NCBI GenBank assembly: GCA_951406725.2 | Contig: OX597817.1 | Span: 113,708,001-113,772,000, forward strand | Length of the DNA stretch: 64,000 bases | Reading direction: 5' to 3' | Origin: Octopus vulgaris | Taxonomy: Eukaryota | Shown: positions 1 to 12,030 of the stretch, piece after piece | Layout: each line of letters starts with the position of its first letter | Position numbering within the stretch: the first letter of the stretch is position 1 | The notes under the pieces: model-generated | What the model saw: only the letters and a program-made list of their open reading frames with translations | Told to the model about the DNA's origin: nothing | The model's database searches: none | Position numbers and translations under genes: made by a program

Positions 1-290
1 AGAATTTATGGAATTTTTTTACTGCGAAGATTAATGATAACGCCTCTTTTTCAATCTGGCTTTAGTTTATTTCCCCTGGTAATAGAACTCTTGATGCATG
101 TGCAATAGCTTTGATTTTACCATCATTAAATTTATGCAGTATCACAGCTCCTATTCCATATTCACTGGCATCCAATGCCGCAATTATTTTCAGGTTTGGG
201 TTGAAATGGGTTAATGATAACTCTGATGTTAACTGCTTTTTTATTTCCTCAAAGGCTTTCTGACATTCATTTGTCCAATCCCATTTCTGA
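1..290 (-). mobile_element. Ty3/Gypsy LTR retrotransposon pol fragment (connection/RNase H), decayed
   Basis: Manual translation gives KWDWTNECQKAFEEIKKQLTSELSLTHFNPNLKIIAALDASEYGIGAVILHKF...AHASRVL...SQIEKEALSLIFAVKKFHKF, with the Gypsy RNase H motifs DAS-GIGAV and EKEAL; frameshift near 62. Confidence 0.85.
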
Positions 291-739
291 AATTTGCTGA
301 CATTACACCAGATGTGCCCCTCCCTTTTTTTATTTATTTTTTTTTTTTGTTTATTTCACTGTTCACTTCCTGTGCATATTCTATGCAAGGTTCATGCAGT
401 TTTGCTTTCTTTCTCTGATGAGTTGTAGTGCACCTGAGTACTGGATACAATAAGTTCATCATCATTTAACATCCATTGTCCATGCCTTTAACAACCTGTC
501 CAACTCATGCCAGCTTGGATAATGAACATTTGCTATTTTGGCATAAGTTGGACAAGTTTGCTGTAGAACAGTCTTTCATGTGAAAATGAAATTTCTCAGA
601 TCTGTTCTGTGAGTTTCTTACTGGGCCTTTTGTTTGTGTTTGGTAGGATTGCCTGGTCATATTTGAGGCCATTTTTACTGTATATATCACAAGAACATTT
701 TGTTTAGGTTTTTAACAAAGATCATAAAAACCATGTCAA

Positions 740-950
740 AACTGATCTTGCCTGTGCTGGTGCCACATAAAAAGCACTCAGCCCACTCTGCAGAGTGGTT
801 GGTGTTAAGAAGGTTGGTGTTAAGATGTAAAAAACCCATGCCAAAATAGACACAGAAGTATGGTGCAGGCTTCTGCCTGGGTGGCTCCTGTCATACCATC
901 CAACCCATGCCAGCATGGAAGGAGGACATTATACAATGATGATGATGATG
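740..950 (+). mobile_element. RTE LINE 3' UTR fragment with (GAT)n tail
   Basis: Same motif string as other copies in the window (aaaagcac...gtggttggtgttag...ccaacccatgccagcatgga...gatgatgatg). Confidence 0.7.
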
Positions 951-1638
951 AATGTAGAAAAGATAAAGACACATGAAGATGAGTGGCTTAGTAGATAGGG
1001 TGTTGAGCTTATGATCATAAGTTTGTGTGTGGCATGTTGTGTCTTTGAGCAAGGCACTTTATTTCATATTGTTGCAACTGTCTCATCTTGGATGTTCTGT
1101 TAGGTTAGGGGTAGGAAGGCCAAGAGAGTGTCTAGGTCATGTGTATCTGAAACCTGAAGCAATTTGCATAAAACGTGTGCTACAAGGTTGTAATCACTTT
1201 TGAGTAAAGGCTGTGTTTTCTTTTTACAGAATACTGAAACAAAACATCTTTAATGCACCAGTAATATATGACTTTATGGAACTAGATTTAGCCTGTTTGA
1301 CACCATTTCATTCAAGACCATCCTTGGTTCTATAGTTCCCTGTTTTAAAGTGATCTAAATTAAAAGCTTCCATTAAAATATGTTAATTTATGTTCTAAAC
1401 ATCAGCTTAACAACAAAGTTACTTTACTAAATTCAATATTTTCAAAATTTAATTGAAATAAAGGTAACATGTCTCAATAGAAACATGGTAACAAAAGGTT
1501 TAACCAGTTTTTCATGCTAAAGAGTTAAACTGTTATCAAGAATAAATAGAAAATTTCATGGAAAATCCCCATAAATAGTATTTAGTTGTTACTGGTTGTA
1601 TTTTGATTTTATCTTTTATTTTTTTTTCTTCTTTACAG

Positions 1639-1854
1639 CAAAAAAGAGAAATGTTAGCAAAAGAACTTCCAAACGAACCTTCTGAAGAATGTAAAGATGG
1701 TATTACCCAAATTCGCTTTCATCTGCCAAGTGGTGACTTCATCACCCGGAGATTTCGTGGACATGAACCCTTAAGATATTTATTCTATTTTCTCACATTA
1801 AAAGGTTATCCAAACGACGATTTCAAGGTGTTGTCAAGATTTCCACCACAAGAT
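1639..1854 (+). CDS. FAF1: FAS-associated factor 1-like UBX protein, penultimate coding exon
   Basis: Polypyrimidine tract with ttacag acceptor, 72 codons (QKREMLAKELPNEPSEEC...IRFHLPSGDFITRRF...KGYPNDDFKVLSRFPPQD) and gtgagt donor. By eye it aligns with the human FAF1 UBX domain (LRIRTPSGEFLERRF...KGFPWDEYKLLSTFPRRD). Confidence 0.88.
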
Positions 1855-2793
1855 GTGAGTTGACCTTTTTTTTTTTTCTTCTTTACTGTATTCTACTTTA
1901 TTGATGTATGGGACTTAGCATCCATTTGGAAATGGTAGGCTTAAAAATACTACAGCAATAAATGTGAAAAAGCCGAGTCATCTATTCTCCACTTCTTAAA
2001 GTTTGGTATCATCATCATTTAAACATGCATTTTTCATGTTGGATGGTTTGAATGGAGCTAGTAAAGCCAAGGGCTGCACCAGGCTCCATTGTCAGTTACT
2101 GGCATGGTTTCTATGACTGGATATGCATCAGAAACGCTTATGATCAAAGGCATTCCAACCATTTCATCTTTTGTGGATATTGAGTGGTACATTAATCCAT
2201 TGTGCCCTTTTTAAGAGTATGGCGTGATTTGAAGCAATTTTGTTGCTATTTCTAATAACCATGTACAGGCTCCCACGGTTTGCTACCCTGCTAACTCTGT
2301 TGGTAGTTGATATTAACTCTGTTGATAGCATTTTTTTGTTGAAAGACACAATTGTTACCTCTGTGTATACCAGAAGCTATTTTTATCCCACAAAGTCTTA
2401 ACTGTGGAGAAATGAAATTTTTGCTGGTAACTTGAAGATGTTATTGCTAGGAATGTGACACAAACAACTCCAAGGACCCAGTCCTTGGTAACTCTGCAGT
2501 GTTAGAAATATTTTCCCTTTTTATTCATCATTGTTTTTCCAAGTGTTGCAGGATAGAGATCATTTCAAGGTGATATGTATTTAAGGATTATCTTTGTCAC
2601 TGAGTAACTTGCCAGTCATTTGCAAGATTTTGTTCACCAGGGTCTAGTATTAGATGTTGTTGAAACACTCTCCCTCCTCACAATTCATTATTGTAAAATT
2701 TTTCTCAAGACACTAACCTTTACAAAGGACCAAGATATCTGGTACATTGTTATCATCAAGAAGACCCATCTGTCACAACAGAAATGATACCAG

Positions 2794-3057
2794 TGCTGGT
2801 GCCACATAAAAAGCACCCACTACACTTTGGAGTGGTTGGCATTAGGAAGGGCATCCAGCTGTAGACACCCTGCCAGAACAAACAGTGGAGCCTGACAGCC
2901 TCTGGCCTTACCAGCTCCAGTCAAACTGATCAATCCATAAGTCAGAAGACTGCACAAGCTCTACTGTCTGTTTTGTTTAGGTTTCTACAGCTGGATGTCC
3001 TTCCTAACACCAACCACTTTACAGAGTGTATTGAGTGCTTTTTATGTGACACCAGCA
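2794..3057. repeat. Two RTE 3' UTR fragments in adjacent inverted orientation (foldback)
   Basis: tgctggtgccacataaaaagcac...aggaagggcatccagctgtaga is mirrored by tctacagctggatgtccttcct...gtgctttttatgtgacaccagca. Confidence 0.8.
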
Positions 3058-3259
3058 GCAATGAAGTGAGCGAGGAACTTGCAAGCAAAGTATAATCTGC
3101 TGCAATCATTGTGGCAATGATTAGGCAATTAGTGGGGAACAGGGAAAAACATACTGTATGGATTATTAGACTGTTAAAATTTCAATTGTTAAAAAATATA
3201 TATTAGCAACACAGTCAGTATTAATACAGAGAAGTAATATTTATCTCCACTGTTAGAAC

Positions 3260-3586
3260 AAACTTTACTGGTAGTTACCATGAGAAAAATCTCTCATATT
3301 GGCTTTCAGGACAAAATGGACTTTTGTTTATATTGCTAGTGTGGAGACAAATTGCTACCATCTCCAGCACTGAGACCACCAGATCATGTGTTTTTGATCT
3401 TCCTTGGTCTTATCAGTGATGGGTGCTCAACTGCCAGAGATGGAAGGTCGAAATCACATGATTTGGTGGTCTCAGTACTGGAGGTGGCTGGGATTTATCT
3501 TCCCACTAGCGATATAAACAATAGTACACTTTGCACTAGAAGCTAATATGAGATTTTCTCTCATGGTAACTACCACAGTAAAGTTT
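3260..3586. mobile_element. Palindromic foldback / MITE-like element
   Basis: aaactttactggtagttaccatgaga...ctccagcactgagaccaccagatcatgtg is mirrored by cacatgatttggtggtctcagtactggag...tctcatggtaactaccacagtaaagttt. Confidence 0.8.
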
Positions 3587-3629
3587 AACTTTCTTGCTGT
3601 ATTGCTTATGGTTATGTTATTATTTTCAG

Positions 3630-3710
3630 GTGACTCAGCTAGATGAGCAGAAATCTTTTGAGCAGCTCAAGTTGTATCCACAAGTAACACTGTTTATAGC
3701 AGAACGATAG
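3630..3710 (+). CDS. FAF1: FAF1-like UBX protein, last coding exon
   Basis: ttttcag acceptor, phase 0, VTQLDEQKSFEQLKLYPQVTLFIAER*. Resembles the human FAF1 C-terminus VTQLDPNKSLLEVKLFPQETLFLEAKE. Confidence 0.88.
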   Translation: MTQLDEQKSFEQLKLYPQVTLFIAER

Positions 3711-3993
3711 GAGTATCACTGAAAGCTGAAAGGGACTCAATACTGTCTTTTTATTCTTTTTTTTTATTATCTTATTTTTGTGTGTGTGCGTGTCAGAGAG
3801 AGAAGAGTATTCAGTGGCTGGTTTAAGAAAAATCTAAAATACAAAATAAATAAATAAATAAAAAAAAATCTGCAAGGCTGTAATTTAACCATCACTGATT
3901 TTATCTGACTTGATGACAATCTATTTCTGTTCATTGCAAGCACAGCCACATTGAATCTAATATGCATGCGTATGCCTGTTTGGATGAGTGTGT

Positions 3994-3996
<3 letters not shown>

Positions 3997-4038
<42 letters not shown>
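3997..4038. repeat. (TA)n microsatellite
   Basis: Seen directly. Confidence 0.95.
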
Positions 4039-4529
4039 AACTAAGTTTAGCTGTAAAAAGCTGAATGGAATAGAGTAAGAGAAAATTTGAAAGATAAAAA
4101 AGAGGGGGAATAAAAAAAAAAAAAGCAACCAAGTTTGTATTTTAAGAGATTATTATTATTTTGGACATATTTCACTCTTTAAAGATACTGACTCGAAGAA
4201 GATAAAGAAGAGGGATATAAAATACTGTCTGATATAATATTAATAAAATAGTTACCGCCACCACCACAATAATAGTAGTATGAAATAAAAACTGTTGTCT
4301 GAATTGTTAAAAAAGAGAAGAAAAAAAAAACTGAACAAGACCTGTGCTGATGGCTAATTCACATGTTCCTTGTATGTGTGTAATGTACAATATATTTGTG
4401 TGTGTTTATGCATACACACATACTTGGTTGTATGTTGATCTAGCTTTTTATATAAGGACATGATACACACTGCCTGCATCACAAGAATTAATTACAATTG
4501 TTTCTACTGCCTAATTTGTTTGTGCAAAT

Positions 4530-4760
4530 TCTGTACATATATTCACACACATACATACAGATAAATGCATACATGCATGCATACACACACACAGATAAAT
4601 GCATACAGGCATGCCTGCACACACACATACACACACACACACACACATTCTGTCTCTTTGTCCCTCTGTTTCTCTTTCACCCTTTCCCTTTGTCATTTCC
4701 TCATTTCTATGCTCTCTCTCTCTGTCCTTTGTGTATACTCTCTCTCTCTCTCTCTCTCCT
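4530..4760. repeat. (CA)n/(CT)n low-complexity tract
   Basis: Seen directly; it accounts for the spurious HT/SL/CV-rich ORFs here. Confidence 0.9.
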
Positions 4761-5191
4761 TTGTCCATACTCTGTCTGGCTGTCTCTCATGCACTCCTTT
4801 TCTCCTTTCTCTACACATGCACTTGAATACCTCTCTTCTAGGCCAAACCTCTGTAGTTTTACTCTTAATTTAGAAATAATGAATGAATTAATTACTTCAC
4901 TCTCTTAATTTCTTGTCATCTCGTTCACCACCATTTGCATACCAATATCAATACCACCCTTGGCTTCACTACAGGAATACCTGATACCTGCTGAAATTCT
5001 TTCGAACAGCACAATTGTTTTTATTTTATTTTGTTATGTCTTGTTTTTATTTTTATTGTTGTTTGCTTGATTATTAATTATTTTTTACAAACTAAATATT
5101 TTATTTTAGCTTCGGTTTCTATTAATTTATATGTTAAGTTCTAATTTCAGAGGCTTATACCTATTATTTTTGTTGTTATTATGTAATTTTA

Positions 5192-5635
5192 TAAGGCGGC
5201 AAACCGGTAGAATTGTTAGCACACTGGGCAAAATGCTTAGTGGCATTTTGTCTGTCGCTATGTTCTGAGTTCAAATTCCACCAAGGTCGACTTTACCTTT
5301 CATCCTTTTGGGGTCAATTAAATAAGTACCAGTGGAACACTGGGTCGATTAAATCAACTAGGCCCCTTCCCCAAGTTTCGGGCCTTGTGTCTGTAATAGA
5401 AAGGATTATTATAAAGGCAGTGAGCTGGCAGAATCGTTAGCACACTGGATGAAATGCTTGGCGGCATTTCACCCGTCCTTATGTTCTGAGTTCAAATTCT
5501 GCCGAGGTTGACTTTACCTTTCATCCTTTCAGGGTCGACTAAATAAGTACCAGTTAGGCACTGGGGTCTACTTAATCAACTAGCCTCCTCCCCTAAAATT
5601 TCAGGCTTTGTGCCTATAATGGAAAGAATTATTAT
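5192..5635 (+). mobile_element. Two head-to-tail copies of tRNA-derived SINE family A (about 220 bp each)
   Basis: aaggcgg...gaattgttagc head, B-box-like gagttcaaatt, core cctttcatccttt..gggtc.a.taaataagtaccag and (att)n tail; many copies in the window. Confidence 0.85.
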
Positions 5636-6049
5636 GTAATTTTTTTAAATTACCTTACAACACATATATCTGTACATATTGTTCGCAAGTTTTCTTATCT
5701 TGCTCCTGCTTACACATACAAAGTTTTCTTATAAATTTGTTTAAATACTAGGCTTTTCTCTTTTACATCTCTGTCCCCACTCTCAATTTCTTTTCTTTTT
5801 TTTTAACTCTCTGCATATCTAGTTTAACACGTTTTGCTCTCCTTTTCATTTACACACACACACACATACACACAAACCTTGAACATGATAAAATATAGGG
5901 ACGGTGACCCTGTCCACACATTTGCTGTATATTTCTGCATTGCTGTATATATTTTTTTTGTTTTTTTTTTTGTTTTTTTTTTGCAGGTATGATGACTATT
6001 TTATAGCATTAAACTTACATGCAAGCATCCTCCTCTTTATTTTCTTATT

Positions 6050-6597
6050 TGGTAGAATTGTTAGTTTATTGGATAAAAATGCTATGTGGCATTTCTGGTG
6101 GCTCTTTACATTCTGAGTTCAAATCCTGCTGTGATCAACTTAGCCTTTCATCCTTTAGCAGGGGTCAATAAAATAAATGACCAGTCAAGTACTGGGATCA
6201 GTGTAATTGACTAATCTCCTCTCTCTAAAATTGCTGGCCCTGTGCCAAAGTTGGAGGCAATTACTATTGTTGTTATTGAAGATGGTAGAACTGTTAGAAA
6301 GTCAGGAAAAAATACTTTACATTATTTGTTCTGGCTCCTTGCATTTCTGGGACAAATTCTGCCAAGTTTGACTTTACCTTGCATCCTTTTGGGTGGGCCA
6401 ATAAAATAAGTACCAGTTGAGCAGTGGGGTTGATGTAATCAAGTAACCCTTCCTCCAAAATTTCAGGCCTTGTGCCTATAGTAGAAAGGATTATTATTAA
6501 GACAATGAGCTGGCAGAAGCGTTAGCTTGGGGGTCGATGTAATTGACTAGTCCCCTTCCCCAAAATTTCAGATCTTGTGCTTATAGTAGAAAATTAT
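6050..6597 (+). mobile_element. Further tandem SINE family A copies (two near-full, one partial)
   Basis: Same head, core and tail motifs as 5192-5635. Confidence 0.75.
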
Positions 6598-8065
6598 CAT
6601 CACCTCAAACGAAAGCCACATAATTCAATTTTACTTATGCACAGTTGAAACACCTAATTCTTAGTTGTTGCAAAGAGGTAGTGGTTTGGGCTAAATGCTT
6701 TTCAGTATTTACTTTCGTCCCATCTTGATGAAATAAATACCAATTATATACTAGGTTTAATTTGACTCTACTCTTCCATTGCAAATTTTTGGCCAATATG
6801 ATGAATCACCACCATTACAAATAGTGTCCTTGAATTGAATTTTTGTATTCCTGGTTTGGACTACTTTACATATGGTGCTAATGGTGGTGCAGAAAAATCA
6901 GTAAGTGAGAACCAATTACATACTGGTGATGATCCATGTTTCCTCCTATACAACTCTGCGTTTTTAATATTTATTTATTTATCTATCTAAGGATGTCAAT
7001 TTCTAGTTATTTAATTAATCTTCCATGTTTTACATGGTTGATAATATCTAGTCATTCTTGCTGTTGTTTTCTAAGTTTGACCTGCGAAGAAGTGTATGAG
7101 GGCTCCAAAGTACTTCAAGATTGAGGAGTAAGAAATAGGACAGTTATCATTGTGGTTCATATCTTCATAATACTATTCCTTATTACTTTTATTATATACC
7201 ACATTGTTCAGTTTATGTGTGTGTGTGTATACGTGTGCAGTCAATTTTTGTTCACTAACTTACGTTATCATTATGCTGGTATTAAGGTTTTTATGATGAT
7301 AAACTAACAATGAGTAGATGCAATTGCATGTGTGTGTGTGTGTGTGTGTGTTTGCTTGCTTGCACTTACTTTCTTAGCTCATGTTACTATTTAAATACTC
7401 TAAATAAGTCTGTGATAGTTTGAATATCTGGAAACAAGAAGAATGTATCTCTGTGCATTACGTTTCCCATCAATGAAATATGTTTAAAGGTACACAAGTC
7501 TAGGCTAGTTAGTTGTATTTCATCACTATTAGCACTTGTTAAGACTGCTGGCAGTGCTGGCTTACCAACAAGCCAAACTTATTGAACTTAATTTTTATTA
7601 ACATTTCATATTATTTTACTCAAATACTGTATTGGTTGTTTAGATTCAAAATCCACATATCTTACCTTCCTGCTAATAGGGAAATAAAGGTGAACTTTAA
7701 ATTAACTTTTCCTGTTGAATTATGTGCATGTGTATGCTTGTTGAGGTCTCTTTTGTTCTTTTTACTTTGAAACAGATTAACTTAATGCTGTTTCCTTTCT
7801 CTCTGCATTTCTTTTAAGGAAACCAGAATCAAATTCTTTTACAAATATATAAATCAGCATAAATAAATCTCCCTCCTTCCTCTTTTTGCATGCTTCTTCT
7901 TGAATATTTGTACATTTTTTTTCCTCTCATGAAAATCTGCTTAATTTCATAATTTCAAATTTTAATTGTATTCAAGGGAAGCAATAAAACATAAGTTGTT
8001 TCGTTTTTAATAATCCTATTTTGTTAACAGCTTAAAATTTCTTAAATTTTACTAATTATGTTAAA

Positions 8066-8071
<6 letters not shown>

Positions 8072-8122
<51 letters not shown>
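8072..8122. repeat. (TA)n microsatellite
   Basis: Seen directly. Confidence 0.95.
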
Positions 8123-8125
<3 letters not shown>

Positions 8126-9039
8126 AAACTAGGAGGGAAAATCTTTTAAGTAACTTCATGTAATTTTTTTTTTCTGTTTTGTTTTAGGAATTAGATTTTT
8201 TGTTTTTAATTCTATAAATTTCTTCTCGGTTTAATTTATTTCTCTTTGCTTTTTTCCTAAAACTGATAATTAACAAATGAAATAAAATTGAGACAAATTT
8301 GGTAAAATCTACAAAAATGAAGAATTCTCCAAAAAAAAAAACAATGAACCCCCACACTTTGACTTTCTTTTACCGGAATTAAAACTATTGATATTGTATG
8401 ATATTAAGATGGAGTTAGATGGTAGAAGACTGACAGAGAAGCAGACTCTTGATTCACTGTTCTGAGTTAAAATTAGTTGGGTGAGATGTCTCACTTATAA
8501 TGTCTTCATATTCTGACTGGTAAAAATTTAAAAAATGTTTTTCTCTTGTCATATGAGATTTGACTACTGTCACTGGAGAACATGAAAGGAGTTAACTGCA
8601 ATGTAGCATAAGCAAATCCTAAGGCTCATTTTTTTTTTCCTTTTTATTTTTAATGATGTTGCATGACCGAACATGAAATCAACTTTTTTTTTTGCAAAGT
8701 GAGAAATAGTTGATTAAGTCAGCTACATTTCTGTTACTAGTACCTTCATTTCAGAGGAATGGGAAATTAAAAAAGAAAGAAAAAAAATGTCTTAGGTGGT
8801 TTGGAAATCTGTATGTGGTGGAGAGAGAGACTAGACATGCCAATCCTCTTTTTTTTTTTTGTCATCTTGGAGTGCTAATAAAATTTTATGTTCAAATCTC
8901 ACCAAGGCTGACTTTTTGCCTTTTTCAATTTGCAGTGATTTCCCAATACTAGACTATAGTAATATTCAAACAAAAATTTTTTTGTAGGCTTTTAATGAAC
9001 TTCTGTTTCTCTTTAGACTCTCTCTATCTATTTGTGTGT

Positions 9040-9330
9040 GAAGGCACACAGCCTAGTGGTTAGCAGGTTGCACTCATGATTTCAAGATCGTAGTTTCATT
9101 TCCTGAGCTAGGCATTGCATTCCTTTCTTGACCAAAACATTTTGTGTTTCTCTGTGATCACTTCAACATCTGACATGTGGCACACTGGGCAACTGTACAG
9201 TGTTAATTTGATGGAATCCTCTAATGTACAGCACAAACATTTGATCACTATACACAAATCATCTGTGCAGTAGGTTGTTCAGCAAGAAATTGCAGAATCC
9301 ACAACTGTCAGCTACAGCAGAAGGAACACT
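9040..9330 (+). mobile_element. Decayed tRNA-derived SINE family C
   Basis: gcctagtggttag...gtttcatttcc head. The body (tgatcacta.a.acaaatcatctg...gttcagcaagaaattgcagaa) is shared with 11705-12030. Confidence 0.6.
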
Positions 9331-11704
9331 ACCACCATATATGTATGTGTGTATGCATGTATATATGTATAGTGAGAGAGAGAACTGCTTCTGGAGTAAT
9401 AGTATAGCTGGTGAGGACTTAATCATAATTGTAACTGAAATCACTTCACACCAAACCCAAAATTTGATTGTTCTTGGAAGCCATTTCAATCAATGGAAAC
9501 TGACAGCTCTGTTGTCACTTGATGGAAATAGTTTAGGCAGATTATGTAATCAACCTTTACAATAGTTGTTTTGCACTGCCTCATTTTTATTTTTATCTAG
9601 TGAATTGTTAATGAATTATCTAATGATAATATTTGCTTGTTTGTTTCTTTTTTTTTTCTTTGTTTATAAAAAACTCAAGTTTGAAGTGCTTCTTGATATC
9701 TGTAAATTATTTTAGAACAAGTTGTAAACTTCTTGTTCACTTGCACTGCAATGCAGTTACAATTTCTAGTTAAAGGCATGAACATTACAACAGTTTCCTC
9801 CCTCTAAAACTATAAGATTTTTTTTTTATTTGTTTGGTCTTTTGTAATAAAAAGATTGTAAAGGGACTAGAATGAAAAAAAATAATAAACAGATGTACCA
9901 GATTAAAACAAACCCCTTACAGGATGTGGTTTTGTCCCTGTGAATTGTGTTAAAATCTTACAAGGGTTTTGTACAATTCACAAGAGTAGTCTTCTGTAAG
10001 GAAGGAAACAGAGGCACCATTTAATTGATTTCTTGCATTGGTACAAGATCAAAGAATTGGTGGCAATAATCATTGGAATCTACTCTATTGTTGTTTATGT
10101 TATGGATCCTCAAGAGATGAAATATAGTGTTACCTCTATAAGGATCTGAAATTAGATCATAAATACCAAATATGAATTGTTCCTCTAACTATTTGACAGA
10201 TTATATTCAATTCCATTGTTCAACTTCCTCTGTTCTGCAATATTACTCTTCCGACATACTGTTATGCTTTAGTTGATCCTGTATCAGACTTTTTTTCTAT
10301 GAAAAAGTGAACAATACAGGCCATCCATATAAACACAGGAGAAACTTGATCACAAAGTCAAGTGACTGACTCAAATATAGGAGCTTGTGAAATAAGGAAT
10401 ACTAAGATAGAAGCAACATTTTAATAATTTTGATTTATTTATACTTTTTTCTAAAGGATTAGATTGGCTGAGTTCTATAGCTTTCTATTCCTACATGCCC
10501 TTTTAACAACTTGGGTAAGGCATGGTATGCTATTGCTAAAGACTTTGACTTTTTGCCCTGAATCAATAAAATGCATATTGACAGTTTTTTCTGTTGTTTT
10601 GTCCTAGGTAAAGGAATTCAGTTCACTCTAGTAATGCACTTCTCAGTTATATGATGCCCTTGTTTGTGCTAGGATTTTACACCTTATGACTCTTGAAGAA
10701 ATAAGTCCAATATTTTCAGGGCAAACTATTGCCTTCTTCAAGAGGACTGACTTGAATTCAGCAATGCTTATATAAGTTGTATCTGTTCTTTCATCCATTT
10801 TCAGTCAACTGCAAACTACAGGCTGTTTGTCTAACACCTCAGACTTGGCAATCCATAGTCCTATAAAGAAAGATTCTAGTCATATTTCACACTGGCTTGC
10901 TTTTAGTAATATAATTGCTTGAGATGACCTTCAATAATAATTTTAACAAAGGCATTTAGCAAAAGGTTTGAGAGAGGTTATTATCACTTGAATCAACTGC
11001 AGTACATAACTAGTACTTTATTTTATTGACATCCCTCCTTCTCCAGAAGGGCAAATGGAAAAGTTAACCTTGGTGGGATTTGAACTCAAAATGTAGAGCT
11101 GCAACAAGTACTGAAAGACAATTTGTCTTGTGCTCTAACAATTTCACAAAATATGGTGATGTAGTGTTAGGAGCTGATTAGATGTCCCATAGTATATATA
11201 TTTCTATCACTGAACATTCTGAATTCAGTTACTATTTGAGGGACAACTGTAATTTATCAGTCTTTATTGAGTCTATTGAAGTAAGCAGTACTCGTGTACC
11301 AAGTCTAATTGGTCAACTAAACCTTATGTGAAACATTGGAAGCCCTTATAAAGAAAAAAAAGTCGTTACATTTTACAAAGAACAGATGAAGTGTAGAAAA
11401 GTCCATCTTTTGCAGCAGGTATTATATAGTTGATTGAATCAAACTCAAATATATGAAAGGGACAAAGTAGGCATTTAGTGGTGTTTGAGTGCAGAGGGTC
11501 AAAACTAAATATAAGGTGTGTAATTATATATATATAGGTATTCATCAACGTTTGATAAGTGCCAGTGCATAGAAACTCTGTCTTTGAGTTACTCTATAAT
11601 TTCAGCTGGTTAATATATATATATATGTGTGTGTGTGTATATATGCACACGTTTTGAGTTCTATTTTCCTGCTTGTTTCACCAAACCTCTTTCATCATCT
11701 CCTG

Positions 11705-12030
11705 GTACAGGACCTAGTGTCAGAGTGTTGCAATTGCAAGATCATGGTTTCAATTCCCAGATCGAGCAGTGCATTGATCTAATGGTTAGGGTGTTGTGGT
11801 TTCAATTCCCCGACCAGGTAGTGTGTTGTGTTCTTGAGCAAAACACTTCATTTCATGATGCTCTGCAACCATTTTGATGTCTGGTATGTGCTACACTTGT
11901 TCTCCTGTACAGGCAATGTTGACTTGATGGAGAGGGTGAGCTTATGTGTAACACAGACATCTGATCACTATAAACAAATCATCTGGATGATGGTTCAGCA
12001 AGAAATTGCAGAACACTCATTTGTCATTAG
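11705..12030 (+). mobile_element. Decayed tRNA-derived SINE family C with duplicated head
   Basis: Two ggtttcaattccc B-box-like motifs; body shared with 9040-9330. Confidence 0.6.

Noticed and set aside
415-460. CTGATGA hammerhead core
   Set aside because: No downstream GAAA or helices; the same applies to CTGATGA at about 49503, 53241 and 55016.
3385-3460. Hammerhead-like words at the centre of the foldback
   Set aside because: Both core boxes deviate on each strand; better explained as palindrome arms.
3767-4908. ORFs rich in YI, HT, SL and CV
   Set aside because: Translations of microsatellites; the same applies at 24487, 47488, 55019 and 60503-60924.
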